Below the pieces are notes generated by a model. It ran no database searches and was not told where the DNA came from. It worked only from the letters and a program-made list of their open reading frames with translations. Shown piece after piece: positions 8,209-18,231 of a DNA stretch of 64,000 bases. Origin of the DNA: an uncultured Bacteroidaceae bacterium (GTDB lineage: Bacteria; Bacillota; Clostridia; Christensenellales; CAG-917); the NCBI GenBank assembly GCA_964599875.1, contig CAZRHE010000007.1, positions 3,536 through 67,535 on the forward strand, given 5' to 3'. How positions within the stretch are numbered: the stretch's first letter is position 1; each line of letters starts with the position of its first letter. The translations under genes and the position numbers were made by a program.

Positions 8209-10398
8209 TCAGTTGTTTTTGTAGTAGTTGATCAGGCAACCGTCGAGGATAATTCTCTTTTCGGTGTCCGTGAGAGAATCCATCTTGAATACGACGTCCC
8301 TAATCTCACCCTTTCGCACGAGTTTGCCGCAGACCGAGTCCGCTCCCGACGAGATAAACTCTCTGACGGACGGGATATAACATATATCCCCGATTTCAAA
8401 ATCCGTATCGTCGTTAAGAAGAGGCAACATTCCCCAATTTATGAGATTGCTGCGATATCTCTTCGTTGCGTATTCTCTCGCGATATTCACGCTTCCGCCG
8501 AGAAAACGTTGACAACTTGCCGCTTGCTCTCTCGCACTGCCGTCCCCGGGTTTCACCGCGAACACCGCACTGCCCACGGACAAGTCGTCCGTATTCGCTC
8601 CTATAAGTTCAAGTGCGGAAGTTATATCTTCGTTATCTCCGTCCCTGACCGCTTTGCTCCTACTCACGTAATTCGGATCCTTTCTCGAAAGCGCGAATTC
8701 CGCAAGACGAAGAGGATTGCTTCTATAAGACGACGTTTCGCCCGACGGAATGAGTTCGTCGGTAGTCGTGACGGGGTCGTAGATTGCCGAGCAAACCTTG
8801 AAAACGAGATTGTTTTTGAGTTCCGCTATTTTAGGAATATCCGTTATGTTAGGTCCGTATACGAGTTCGACGGAGGGATCGGGTTTGCCGACGCCGTTAT
8901 ACACTCTCGAATCGTACACCGCCGCGGGAAAATCGTATTTGGGCACCGTATCGTCGTAATCCAGTCCCAAAGCGGAAGTGAGCACTCCGCCGTTTGCCGC
9001 CGTTGCCGCTATCGAGCGCGCGTCCATAAGCGCAACGGATGCGATTTGACCGTCGGACGGTTTGCTTCCTTCTCTTCTTTCGAAGTTTCTCGTGGTGTGA
9101 CGAATAGAAAATCCGTTGTTGCACGGAACGTCGCCTGCACCGAAACAAGGGCCGCAGAAACAGGGTTTAAGCACCGCTCCGCTTGCGATTAAGGATGCGG
9201 ACGCGCCGTTTGCCATAAGTGCATAGTTTGCCGTTTGAGAGCCGGGATAAACGGTGAGATTGAACGCACCGTTTCCGACCGATTTGTTTTTCAATACGTT
9301 AGACGCCGTGTAGATATTGTCGAAAGTTCCGCCTGCGCAACCAGCGATAACGCCTTGCGACGCGTACACTTTGCCGTCTTTCACCTTGTCCGTCAATTTG
9401 AAAGTGCCTTCGGGAAGTCCCAAAAGTAAATTGCCCTCTTTTTCGACTTTGCCGAGAATTTCAAGGGGATTTGCAATGACGTCAGAGAGTTTATACACGT
9501 TCGACGGATGGAAAGGAAGCGCTATCATCGGTTCCACTTTGTCAAGGTCTATGACGACCGCACCGTCGTACAGTGCGCCGTCTTCAGGCGAAATCTTTTT
9601 GTATTCCGCTTTTCTGCCGAAACGTTCGAGATATTTTTCCACCTTTTCGTCCGTCGCCCAAATTGAAGACAAGCAAGCGGATTCCGTCGTCATGACGTCT
9701 ATGCCGTTTCTAAATTCGACCGAAAGTCCGTTTATGCCGTCGCCGACGAATTCGAGTACGCTGTTTTTGACGAATCCGTTTTTGAAAGTCGCCCCGATAA
9801 GCGCAAGCGCGACGTCTTGAGGTCCGACGCCTTTTCTCACTTTTCCTTTGAGTTCGACTGCGATAACTCTCGGATATTTTATATCGTAAGTTTTTTTGAG
9901 AAGTTGTTTGACAAGTTCGGGTCCGCCTTCCCCTATCGCCATAGTGCCGAGTGCGCCGTAACGAGTGTGGGAATCGCTGCCCAAAATCATCTTGCCGGGA
10001 GCGGCGAAGTTTTCACGCATGAAACTGTGAATAACCGCAACGTTTGCTGGGACGTATATTCCGCCGTACTTTTTAGCCGCCGAAAGCCCGAATACGTGGT
10101 CGTCCTCGTTTATCGTGCCGCCGACCGCGCAAAGGGAATTGTGGCAATTAGTGAGGACGTAAGGCAAAGGAAATTCTTTGAGTCCGCTTGCGCGCGCAGA
10201 CTGAATTATCCCGACGTACGTGATATCGTGGGACGCCATTGCGTCGAATCTTATCTGTAAATTCTCGACGGAAGAACTTGCGTTGTGAGCGGACAAGACG
10301 GAATACGCCATTGTCTTTTCTCTTCCGCAGGAAGAATCCGCGGGGACGAGCGTTCCGCCCGAATAACGCACTTTTTCATTGAGTAGGTTTATCATCAT
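8209..10398 (-). CDS. aconitase-family hydratase (putative aconitate hydratase)
   Basis: 729 aa with aconitase cluster-ligand motifs GSDSHT and CFCGPCFG, followed by a swivel-domain-like C-terminus. Confidence 0.7.
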   Translation of the reverse strand: MMINLLNEKVRYSGGTLVPADSSCGREKTMAYSVLSAHNASSSVENLQIRFDAMASHDITYVGIIQSARASGLKEFPLPYVLTNCHNSLCAVGGTINEDDHVFGLSAAKKYGGIYVPANVAVIHSFMRENFAAPGKMILGSDSHTRYGALGTMAIGEGGPELVKQLLKKTYDIKYPRVIAVELKGKVRKGVGPQDVALALIGATFKNGFVKNSVLEFVGDGINGLSVEFRNGIDVMTTESACLSSIWATDEKVEKYLERFGRKAEYKKISPEDGALYDGAVVIDLDKVEPMIALPFHPSNVYKLSDVIANPLEILGKVEKEGNLLLGLPEGTFKLTDKVKDGKVYASQGVIAGCAGGTFDNIYTASNVLKNKSVGNGAFNLTVYPGSQTANYALMANGASASLIASGAVLKPCFCGPCFGAGDVPCNNGFSIRHTTRNFERREGSKPSDGQIASVALMDARSIAATAANGGVLTSALGLDYDDTVPKYDFPAAVYDSRVYNGVGKPDPSVELVYGPNITDIPKIAELKNNLVFKVCSAIYDPVTTTDELIPSGETSSYRSNPLRLAEFALSRKDPNYVSRSKAVRDGDNEDITSALELIGANTDDLSVGSAVFAVKPGDGSAREQAASCQRFLGGSVNIAREYATKRYRSNLINWGMLPLLNDDTDFEIGDICYIPSVREFISSGADSVCGKLVRKGEIRDVVFKMDSLTDTEKRIILDGCLINYYKNN

Positions 10399-10544
10399 TA
10401 CCTCACTTATATAGTGAGATTATAACGCGCCTACGCGCATTAGTCAAATAAAAAGTTTTCGATTTATTAGGCTAAAGCGTACGGATTTTTCATTTGGTTT
10501 CCTTACCGCCGACTTATCCCCTTTTCCTAACCCGCGGCGTATAG

Positions 10545-10575
10545 AAAAACCGCTCCGATTTCGGTCGGAGCGGTT
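10545..10575 (-). terminator. rho-independent terminator after the three-gene membrane-protein cluster
   Basis: Minus strand reads AACCGCTCCGA-CCGAAA-TCGGAGCGGTT followed by TTTTC. Confidence 0.75.
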
Positions 10576-10591
10576 CGCAAATTTTCATGAA

Positions 10592-11071
10592 TTACTTTTT
10601 CTTCTTATCGATTTTGAAGGTTTCCATGGTGACCGAGCATTTTTCAAGCAATATATCCTTGATTTTTTGCGCGTTCTTTTCGGGAAGATTAAGTCTAAAA
10701 GTAAGCGGTGGTTTGTTTTCGGGGGACGCGTGCACGTAAATCGTGCCGTCCTTTTCGTCCTGTTTCAAACCGTCCACGTCGTCGTAGCGCACTCTGTCCG
10801 CAAATACGAAGAGTTTCACGACGATTTCGTCTTCCGTAAATACGTACTTGCTGTTGAAAATAAAAACCAGCACCGCAATGAGAATTATCGCAGACGCGCC
10901 GAGAGATACGCCGACGATAACCGTGCTCGTCGTATATTCACCCGCGAGCAAAACGATATCCATAACGATAAGGGCAAGGCTCACGAGCAAACTCAACGCG
11001 CAGAGAGCGGTTATCACTCCGCCGAAATACATATTCGACTTGAATATAACGTTTTCGTTTTTATTCTTCAT
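10592..11071 (-). CDS. hypothetical membrane protein (two TM helices plus a PH-like C-terminal domain)
   Basis: The ORF-track entry is 10592..11146. I prefer the internal ATG (MKNKNENVIF..) because the upstream gene ends at 11061. Hydrophobic stretch GVITALCALSLLVSLALIVMDIVLLAG. Confidence 0.55.
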   Translation of the reverse strand: MKNKNENVIFKSNMYFGGVITALCALSLLVSLALIVMDIVLLAGEYTTSTVIVGVSLGASAIILIAVLVFIFNSKYVFTEDEIVVKLFVFADRVRYDDVDGLKQDEKDGTIYVHASPENKPPLTFRLNLPEKNAQKIKDILLEKCSVTMETFKIDKKKK

Positions 11072-12056
11072 CTTCGTTCTCCGTGTTTTCTTCAGATAAA
11101 ATTTCGGTTGCGATTTCCTGATTATCCGTTCTGTAACCGTATTCAATCGTATTCACGACGTTGGTCGCATCCACGTAGAAACGCATGCTGTTTTGCTTGT
11201 AATATCCGACGAGTTCAATCGTGCGGAGCAAGAAATAATACATGGACGGAATGACGAGATTTATGACGCCGAAAGTCGGAATCGTAAACGCCGTCACGCA
11301 GCAATACGCGATAAAGAAAGTGAGAATAATCGCTTTGACCAAACCTTTGATATTGCGCTTTACCGAAGTCAGACTTCTTGAAAACGCGGTGAAAATACCC
11401 TCTTCGGGGTGATGCAAAAGTCGAGGCAACCATCCCGAAAACAAAGTGGTTCTTGCGGTGACGAGCAAAAGCCCCACGATGAACATAACGGGAAGCGCAA
11501 ACATTTTTATGCCGAGGAAAAGTCCGTATCCGAGCCCCAACATAACCGCGACGATGATTGCGTCGATGGGTATACATATAAGCATTTTGCAAAGGGAATA
11601 TTTACATGCCTTTTTGAAGTTTGCCGCCATTGCGGACGCAAAGCCGTAACGGGTGTTGCTTGACATGAGATTATCCACGATATAAGCCGTCGGATAAAAC
11701 GCAAGACCGATGATAAATTCGTACAAAAGATAAAGGAATATCACCGCGAATATAAGCCCTACGAACGCGGACGTATGCGTCGAAAGCGCGTTAATAAGTC
11801 CGACAACTCCGTCTTCGAGTTGCAAAATCGTGTCGTAAATTCCGTTGCCCTCGTGCAAGAAATCGCTTACGGTGTTTTTGATGAATTCGAGTTCTCCGCC
11901 GACGTCCGTCTTTGCGGTTATAGCCTCGCCGATGGGGGTGATTATAGCCGTGCCGATAGCTGCGGTTATGAAGACCGCGATGAACACCCACAGCAATATT
12001 TTGAGAATGTATCCCATATTGCTGAACAATATAGAGGTTGAATGTTTGAATTCCAT
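11061..12056 (-). CDS. hypothetical multi-pass membrane protein
   Basis: 331-aa ORF with several long hydrophobic segments and an acidic C-terminus (EENTENEDEE). No family recognised. Confidence 0.6.
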   Translation of the reverse strand: MEFKHSTSILFSNMGYILKILLWVFIAVFITAAIGTAIITPIGEAITAKTDVGGELEFIKNTVSDFLHEGNGIYDTILQLEDGVVGLINALSTHTSAFVGLIFAVIFLYLLYEFIIGLAFYPTAYIVDNLMSSNTRYGFASAMAANFKKACKYSLCKMLICIPIDAIIVAVMLGLGYGLFLGIKMFALPVMFIVGLLLVTARTTLFSGWLPRLLHHPEEGIFTAFSRSLTSVKRNIKGLVKAIILTFFIAYCCVTAFTIPTFGVINLVIPSMYYFLLRTIELVGYYKQNSMRFYVDATNVVNTIEYGYRTDNQEIATEILSEENTENEDEE

Positions 12057-12116
12057 ATTTCCTCACAAGTCCGCTTTTATCGTATCAAAACGCGGACGTA
12101 AACTGCTTTTTTCGTT

Positions 12117-12968
12117 TTATTTCGACTTTCCGTCGAAAAATTTCTTAGACCAGATGCTTTGGTTTTTGAGGTCCATTCTTTCGGTGCCAGTAACGTCGTA
12201 AAACACCACGTAAGACATAGAAATATAAAGAGGAATGACCGCCGTAAACATAACGCCGTCAAGCACCACTCTCACGATATCGCCGGTATTGAAAAGCCCC
12301 GTCAGTAGCATTGCAACTATGAAAGGCAACATACTGGTGACCATAACCGCCACGGTGTATTTCGTCTTTCCGCCCATTTGTCGCCAGCCCATTTTAAACG
12401 CGTCCGAGGTCTTCAATCCCGTGTGCAGCATGAAAGGCGACCAAAGCATTATCGCGCCCAGCGCAAACAATCCGATAAGACCGAATATTATCATTGCAAT
12501 CGTTGACGTCACGAGCCACAACACGCCGTTTCCAAATATCATCGCGAACATATAAAACGCGACCGTGATAAGCAAGTTGATAAACTCCACGATAAGCATC
12601 GTCGCAAGCGTGAATTTGAGAGAGGTAAGGACGTTGTAGTTAAGACGAGTTTTCGCGCGTCTGAAAGAAACGGTAAACTCCCCTATCCTCATGTGTCTGT
12701 CTATCGTGCCGAAAAGTATGGCGACGATAAGTACCATAAGCGCAAGTCCTATGAATCCTATCCAATAAAACGAAAACGTGATAGGATGCATCGCAAGATA
12801 GAAATCCGCAAACGACGACGTCGTCAAATCGTTGTAATGCATAAGGTAATACAACGGATCGGACGGCGCGAGTGCGAACGACAACAAAAGCGACGGTATC
12901 ACGGTTATAAGCCATAGATACGGGCATTTGTCGAAGTAATAACCATACGTTTGCTTGAAGTATTTCAT
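12117..12968 (-). CDS. hypothetical multi-pass membrane protein
   Basis: 283-aa ORF with 5-6 predicted TM segments. No family recognised. Confidence 0.6.
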   Translation of the reverse strand: MKYFKQTYGYYFDKCPYLWLITVIPSLLLSFALAPSDPLYYLMHYNDLTTSSFADFYLAMHPITFSFYWIGFIGLALMVLIVAILFGTIDRHMRIGEFTVSFRRAKTRLNYNVLTSLKFTLATMLIVEFINLLITVAFYMFAMIFGNGVLWLVTSTIAMIIFGLIGLFALGAIMLWSPFMLHTGLKTSDAFKMGWRQMGGKTKYTVAVMVTSMLPFIVAMLLTGLFNTGDIVRVVLDGVMFTAVIPLYISMSYVVFYDVTGTERMDLKNQSIWSKKFFDGKSK

Positions 12969-12981
12969 ATCGTCTCCGTGC

Positions 12982-15621
12982 TCAGTCGAGCATTGCGAGT
13001 TTTTCTTTGAGTTTCTCTTTCTTTTCGAGAGCCTTTGCGAGTTTTTCTTTCTCGTTGTCGATGAGTTTTTGAGGTGCTTTCGCGGTGAAACCTGCGTTGT
13101 TCAAAAGACCGTTTGCCTTATTGATTTCCGCCTCTGCCTGCGCGAGTTCCTTTTCAATTCTCTCTCTTTCCTTTGCGAAGTCGATGAGGTCGCCGAGAGG
13201 GATGAGGACTTCTGCGTCGTGAGTGACGACTGCAGTGACCTTTCCTTCCACTTCGCTCTTATCTTCGACGAAAGTCACCTTTTCGATTCCTGCAAGTTTT
13301 TCAAGATACACCGAGGACTTCTTCATGAAGTTTACGTCTTTTGCGATGACGTATGCGGTGAGTTTCTTCGCGGGGGAAACGCCCATTTCCGCGCGGGTGT
13401 TTCTGATTGCGACTATGAGTTCGCGCAGACCTTCGAAATTCTTTTCTTCCTTGCGATAGGAGAATTTCTTGTTGTAGGTCGGCCAGTCGCTCATCATAAG
13501 GATATCCCCTTTCTTCGCGTACTTGGAGTAAATCTCTTCGGTGATGAAAGGCACGAAAGGATGCAACAGTTTGAGAATTTGCGTCAAGACGTAAGTCAGC
13601 ATCGCAATCGCGTGATTGTGGTCTTTCTTCTCCTTGCTATAAAGCAAAGGTTTGCTCATTTCGATATACCAGTCGCAGAATTCCGTCCAAGTGAAATCGT
13701 AAAGGCGTGCCGCCGCCATGCCGATTTCGTACTTATTGAGATTGACGGTGACTTCTCTGATGACGTCGTTGAGGCGGGTGAGAATCCACTTATCCGCGTC
13801 GTTGAGTCTTGCGGGGAAGGTCAAATCGTCGTCCGCACCGATATTCATAATGACGAAACGAGATGCGTTCCAAAGTTTATTGATGAAGTTTCTCGCGCTT
13901 TCGGTTTTTGCGTCCGTATAGCGAGTGTCGCTACCGGGGGCGATGCCCGACGCAAGGGAGAAACGCAACGCGTCCGCGCCGTACTTGTCGATGATGAGCA
14001 ACGGATCTATTCCGTTTCCTAAACTCTTCGACATCTTTCTACCCTGACTGTCGCGAACGATACCGTGGATAAGCACTTCGTTGAAAGGCACTTCGCCCAT
14101 GAACTCTATACCGCTGAACATCATTCTGGCAACCCAGAAGAAGATGATATCGTATGCGGTGACGAGGACGCTCGTCGGATAGAAGTATTTGAGGTTTTTC
14201 GTCTTCTTGGGATATCCGAGAGTGCTGAACGGCCAAAGTGCGGAACTGAACCAAGTGTCAAGGACGTCTTCGTCTTGGTGGAAGTACGTGCAACCGCATT
14301 TGGGACAAACTTCGGGAGCGGACTTCGCAACAACCATTTCTCCGCATTCTTCGCAGTAATACGCAGGGATACGGTGTCCCCACCAAAGTTGACGGGAAAT
14401 GCACCAATCCTTTATATTCTCCATCCAGTTGAAGTAAATCTTTTCAAAGCGTTTAGGCACGAATTCGGTCTTCTTGGTCTTGACCGCCTTGATTGCAGGC
14501 TCTGCAAGAGTCTTCATTCTGACGAACCATTGTTTGGATACGATAGCCTCTACGGTTTCTCCGCAACGATAACATTCGCCGACGTTATGCGCATACGGTT
14601 CGATTTTTTCAAGGAGTCCGAGTTTTTCGAGGTCTTCGACGACGGCTTTGCGACATTCGAGCCTATCCATACCCTGATACTTGCCTGCGTTTTCGTTCAT
14701 CTTACCCTCGTCGTCGATAACTCTGATGACGGGGAGATTGTGACGGAGTCCGAGTTCGAAGTCGTTCGGGTCGTGTGCGGGAGTAATCTTGACCGCGCCC
14801 GTGCCGAATCCGATTTCGCAATAGTCGTCCGCAACGACGGGGATGATTCTGTCGGTGAGAGGAAGACGGAGCATTTTGCCCACGAATTTCGCCATCTTTT
14901 CATCCTTGGGGTTGACCGCAACCGCGGTGTCGCCGAGCATGGTTTCGGGACGAGTGGTCGCTATCGTGATATAATCGTCCTCTCCGACGACGGGATAGCG
15001 ATAATACCAAAGGTTGGATTGTTGTTCTTTATATTCGACTTCCGCGTCCGAAATCGCGGTTTTGCAATGAGGACACCAGTTGATGATTCTGTCCGCGCGA
15101 TAGATAAGACCTTTGTCGTAATATCTGACGAACGCCTCTTGCACTGCCGCGGAAAGGTTTTCGTCCATGGTGAACGCTTCTTTCGACCAGTCGCAAGAAG
15201 AACCGAGGCGTTTGAGTTGTTCGACGATTCTTCCGCCGTACTGCTCTTTCCACGCCCACGCGTGTTCAAGGAAACCTTCTCTGCCCACGTCCGCTTTGGT
15301 GAGTCCTTCTTCTTTCTTCATCTTCTCGACGATTTTGACCTCGGTCGCGATAGACGCGTGGTCGGTACCGGGGAGCCACAGCGCCTCGTAACCGCACATA
15401 CGTTTGAAACGAGTGAGGATATCTTGCACGGTTTGGTCGAGAGCGTGCCCCATGTGCAGTTGTCCCGTGATGTTGGGAGGGGGCATCATAATCGTGAAAG
15501 GTTCTTTTTCGGGGTTGGCGTGCGCCTCGAAACATTTGTTTCTCATCCAAAATTCATAAATGCGTTTTTCGAATTCGGGATTATAAGTTTTTTCCATTTC
15601 GATTTGTTTGTTTTGTTCCAT
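12982..15621 (-). CDS. valS: valine--tRNA ligase
   Basis: 879 aa with class I HIGH (PNITGQLHMGH) and KMSKS motifs and a C-terminal coiled coil. Confidence 0.95.
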   Translation of the reverse strand: MEQNKQIEMEKTYNPEFEKRIYEFWMRNKCFEAHANPEKEPFTIMMPPPNITGQLHMGHALDQTVQDILTRFKRMCGYEALWLPGTDHASIATEVKIVEKMKKEEGLTKADVGREGFLEHAWAWKEQYGGRIVEQLKRLGSSCDWSKEAFTMDENLSAAVQEAFVRYYDKGLIYRADRIINWCPHCKTAISDAEVEYKEQQSNLWYYRYPVVGEDDYITIATTRPETMLGDTAVAVNPKDEKMAKFVGKMLRLPLTDRIIPVVADDYCEIGFGTGAVKITPAHDPNDFELGLRHNLPVIRVIDDEGKMNENAGKYQGMDRLECRKAVVEDLEKLGLLEKIEPYAHNVGECYRCGETVEAIVSKQWFVRMKTLAEPAIKAVKTKKTEFVPKRFEKIYFNWMENIKDWCISRQLWWGHRIPAYYCEECGEMVVAKSAPEVCPKCGCTYFHQDEDVLDTWFSSALWPFSTLGYPKKTKNLKYFYPTSVLVTAYDIIFFWVARMMFSGIEFMGEVPFNEVLIHGIVRDSQGRKMSKSLGNGIDPLLIIDKYGADALRFSLASGIAPGSDTRYTDAKTESARNFINKLWNASRFVIMNIGADDDLTFPARLNDADKWILTRLNDVIREVTVNLNKYEIGMAAARLYDFTWTEFCDWYIEMSKPLLYSKEKKDHNHAIAMLTYVLTQILKLLHPFVPFITEEIYSKYAKKGDILMMSDWPTYNKKFSYRKEEKNFEGLRELIVAIRNTRAEMGVSPAKKLTAYVIAKDVNFMKKSSVYLEKLAGIEKVTFVEDKSEVEGKVTAVVTHDAEVLIPLGDLIDFAKERERIEKELAQAEAEINKANGLLNNAGFTAKAPQKLIDNEKEKLAKALEKKEKLKEKLAMLD

Positions 15622-15695
15622 TTTAGTCCTTGATTTGAATTATTTCTTAGGTCGCGGCGCGGATAGCGTTAATCCGCGTCGATATTGTCAGATTA

Positions 15696-16457
15696 TTATT
15701 CCTTATCAGCATCGATCGTGGATGCGCCGACTGCGGTCTCTCCGCCTTCTTTTATGACGACGGTGTTTTCCGCATTCGTATATTTGACGCTTTCGTCGGT
15801 CACTCTTTCCATCTTGCCCGCGTCGATCATCTTGATTTGGTGCACGACTTCCTTAATGTAGCCGATGAGTGCGCCGTAACTGAGTGCGACGCCCCAGGCA
15901 AGAATACCCCAGTCCGCAAGATATACGTACGGGTGGAAGAAACAAAGTATTACGCCGACGGAAATCGTCGCGGACGCAACTTTGCCCATCCAATTCGCTT
16001 GCACTTTTGCGCCTCTCTTCATGACGAGGGGAGCAAGACAAATCATAAAGCCTTCTTTTGCAAGCACGAGGATGACGAACGCATAGTGGAGATACCAGCC
16101 GCCGTCAACGCCGACCAATGCCGAAGTCGCTTTTCCGAGAGGAGTAAGTCCCGTGCAAAGGGACAAGCAGAAAAGCACGCTTATATGCATAAGTTTGTCT
16201 GCAAGAGGGTCTATAACCATACCTATGCCCGAAGTCATATTGAATTTTCTTGCAATCCAGCCGTCGATAAGGTCGCTTGCCGCGGCGATTGCAAATACGC
16301 CGAGTGCCGCGTACAAAAGCGTGACGTCCGCGCGGATTCCCGCATACGCCATAAGCACGATGTAGACGGGGATACAAAGAATACGGAAATAGGTGATGAT
16401 GTTGGGGATTGTCCACAAGTCTTTCTTGTTGATCTGAGCCATTCCTTTGAATGCCAT
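15696..16457 (-). CDS. pgsA: CDP-alcohol phosphatidyltransferase (PgsA-like)
   Basis: Signature DLIDGWIARKFNMTSGIGMVIDPLADKL. I chose ATG 16457, preceded by GAGGT. The ORF-track start at 16469 is TTG. Confidence 0.8.
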   Translation of the reverse strand: MAFKGMAQINKKDLWTIPNIITYFRILCIPVYIVLMAYAGIRADVTLLYAALGVFAIAAASDLIDGWIARKFNMTSGIGMVIDPLADKLMHISVLFCLSLCTGLTPLGKATSALVGVDGGWYLHYAFVILVLAKEGFMICLAPLVMKRGAKVQANWMGKVASATISVGVILCFFHPYVYLADWGILAWGVALSYGALIGYIKEVVHQIKMIDAGKMERVTDESVKYTNAENTVVIKEGGETAVGASTIDADKE

Positions 16458-16574
16458 AATATACCTCAATAGTAAATTTAGAAAATTATATCACGAATGT
16501 GCGAGCGTGTAAAGCGCGCGGCATAATTTTGTGACGTGCGTGCAAAATATTAAATAAAATGACTTGGAGATAAA

Positions 16575-17435
16575 ATGAAAAATTGCTTGATTATCCTCAA
16601 CAAAAACGCGGGCAAATGCGATAGGTGCAACCTCGACAAAGTGGAAAATGCGATTGGGACGGATAGAAATTTCACTCGCGCGGACTTATCCTCCGCCCTG
16701 CCCGACCTATCGGAATTCGACGAAATCGCGGTGTGCGGAGGGGACGGAACGCTATCCTCGGTTATGCAAAAATTATACGAAATCGAAAAACCCGTCTATT
16801 ACTTCCCCTGCGGCACCCTAAACGACAAAGGAAAAACCAAAACGAATAATGCGGAAAATCCCGTGCTTGGCAAAGTCGGAAATAAGGTTTTCACTTACGT
16901 TTTTGCGACGGGGACTTTCACACCAATAGGTTACGCCGTAGACCAACGGAAGAAAAAACGACTCGGCGTGCTTGCGTATATCCTCGATATCGTGAGCGAA
17001 TATAAGGTAAATTTCGACAGCGCGAAAATCACTTGCGACGACGAAACGTACGAAGGTGATTTCACCCTTATCATGTTCATAAAATCTCCCCGCTGTTTCG
17101 GTTTTAGATTCAACCGCGACTACGACGAAAACTCGGAAAGCGGGCACCTCGTCGCCATTCGTTCCCCTCGTCACGACGGTTTAGCGGGCAAGATTGAAAT
17201 CTTCTTCCCGTTTTTCAGAGTTTTCTTCATCGGACTAAAAAAGGAAAGAAACGGCAAAATCATATTCAAAAGATTTTCAAAAGGCAGCATCGAAATTAAA
17301 AACAAAACTCAATTCTGCGTTGACGGCGAATTATACGTGACGGGCGGAAAACAAGCCGTATCTTTTAATAAAGCGAAATGCACCTTGACGGTGAAGAAAG
17401 TCAAATGTAACGATTTGCCCAGCAAACTACAATAA
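16575..17435 (+). CDS. diacylglycerol/lipid kinase family protein (YegS/BmrU type)
   Basis: 286 aa with the DAGK catalytic-domain motif VCGGDGTLSSV. TGGAGA RBS. Confidence 0.7.
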   Translation: MKNCLIILNKNAGKCDRCNLDKVENAIGTDRNFTRADLSSALPDLSEFDEIAVCGGDGTLSSVMQKLYEIEKPVYYFPCGTLNDKGKTKTNNAENPVLGKVGNKVFTYVFATGTFTPIGYAVDQRKKKRLGVLAYILDIVSEYKVNFDSAKITCDDETYEGDFTLIMFIKSPRCFGFRFNRDYDENSESGHLVAIRSPRHDGLAGKIEIFFPFFRVFFIGLKKERNGKIIFKRFSKGSIEIKNKTQFCVDGELYVTGGKQAVSFNKAKCTLTVKKVKCNDLPSKLQ

Positions 17436-17517
17436 TTACGGATTCTCTATTTAATCAAATCATTTTGACGATATAAAACGCTAATAATGTGATTTTAGTT
17501 TGATTTTACGGCATAAG

Positions 17518-17541
17518 AAAACCGCGCCTAAACGCGGTTTT
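17518..17541. terminator. bidirectional terminator hairpin between convergent genes
   Basis: AAAACCGCG-CCTAA-CGCGGTTTT, with an A-run and a T-run on opposite sides. Confidence 0.7.
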
Positions 17542-17544
17542 CAG

Positions 17545-18216
17545 TTACTTTGTCAAAAACTCGTAAAGTTCTTCGGGGGTGTTCGCGATATAATCCGCGC
17601 CGTACTCTAAAAACTCCTTTTCGTTTCCGTATCCCCACTTGACGGCAAGGCAGTCTATGCCGACGTTCTTTGCACCCACTATGTCGTAAAGCCTATCTCC
17701 TACCATAAGCACGACGGACTTATCTTCGACGTTAAGCGCATCGAGCACCATATCGATAACGTCGCTTTTGCTTTCTCTCGAATTATCGCTCGACGCCGCG
17801 CCTATGAAATCGAAATACTTGTCAAAACCGAGCATTTCGATTATCGCCGTTGAAAAACGCATAGGTTTGGAGGTCGCCAGCGCAACGACGAAACCGCTCT
17901 TTTTGAGATTGATAAGAAGGTCTTCAATTCCGCCGTACGCGACGCTTGTTTGAAGTCCGCTTTCCGCGTATTCCTTTCTATATTCCTCGATAAGTTCTCT
18001 GACGAGCACGTCGTCCGTTATGCCGAGAAAATCACGCATACTGACCCTAAAAGGCGGTCCCACCATTTTGTCGAGGATTTCGTCGGGACAATGAATCGAG
18101 TGATTGTCGAGTGCGTGTTTTATACATCTCAAAATCCCCGGCTTACTGTCTATGACAGTGCCGTCCAAGTCCAACAAAATGTATTTATATTCGTTTTTTC
18201 TCTTTGAATATACCAC
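17545..18216 (-). CDS. HAD-superfamily hydrolase (phosphoglycolate phosphatase-like)
   Basis: 223 aa with HAD motif I (LLDLDGTVIDS) and motif IV (MVGDRLYD). GTG start. Confidence 0.75.
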   Translation of the reverse strand: MVYSKRKNEYKYILLDLDGTVIDSKPGILRCIKHALDNHSIHCPDEILDKMVGPPFRVSMRDFLGITDDVLVRELIEEYRKEYAESGLQTSVAYGGIEDLLINLKKSGFVVALATSKPMRFSTAIIEMLGFDKYFDFIGAASSDNSRESKSDVIDMVLDALNVEDKSVVLMVGDRLYDIVGAKNVGIDCLAVKWGYGNEKEFLEYGADYIANTPEELYEFLTK

Positions 18217-18231
18217 TTTTATACACCGATT

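Noticed and set aside
10405-10421. Palindrome CTCAC-TTATATA-GTGAG immediately upstream of the aconitase-family gene.
   Set aside because: It has only 5-bp arms and overlaps the RBS (GTGAGG). It could be a weak translational hairpin or operator, but there is no supporting context, so I do not report it as a feature.
14065-15633. 522-aa plus-strand ORF. The same pattern recurs at 8029-9192, 12955-14022, 43972-45519, 52318-53640, 58634-60235 and 60715-62271.
   Set aside because: Each lies antisense to a confidently identified minus-strand gene (valS, aconitase, metY, pgpH, pepF, DUF1846). Their composition is Arg/Val/Phe/His-rich and low in complexity. They have no RBS and no recognisable motifs. 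These are shadow ORFs typical of GC-balanced genomes.
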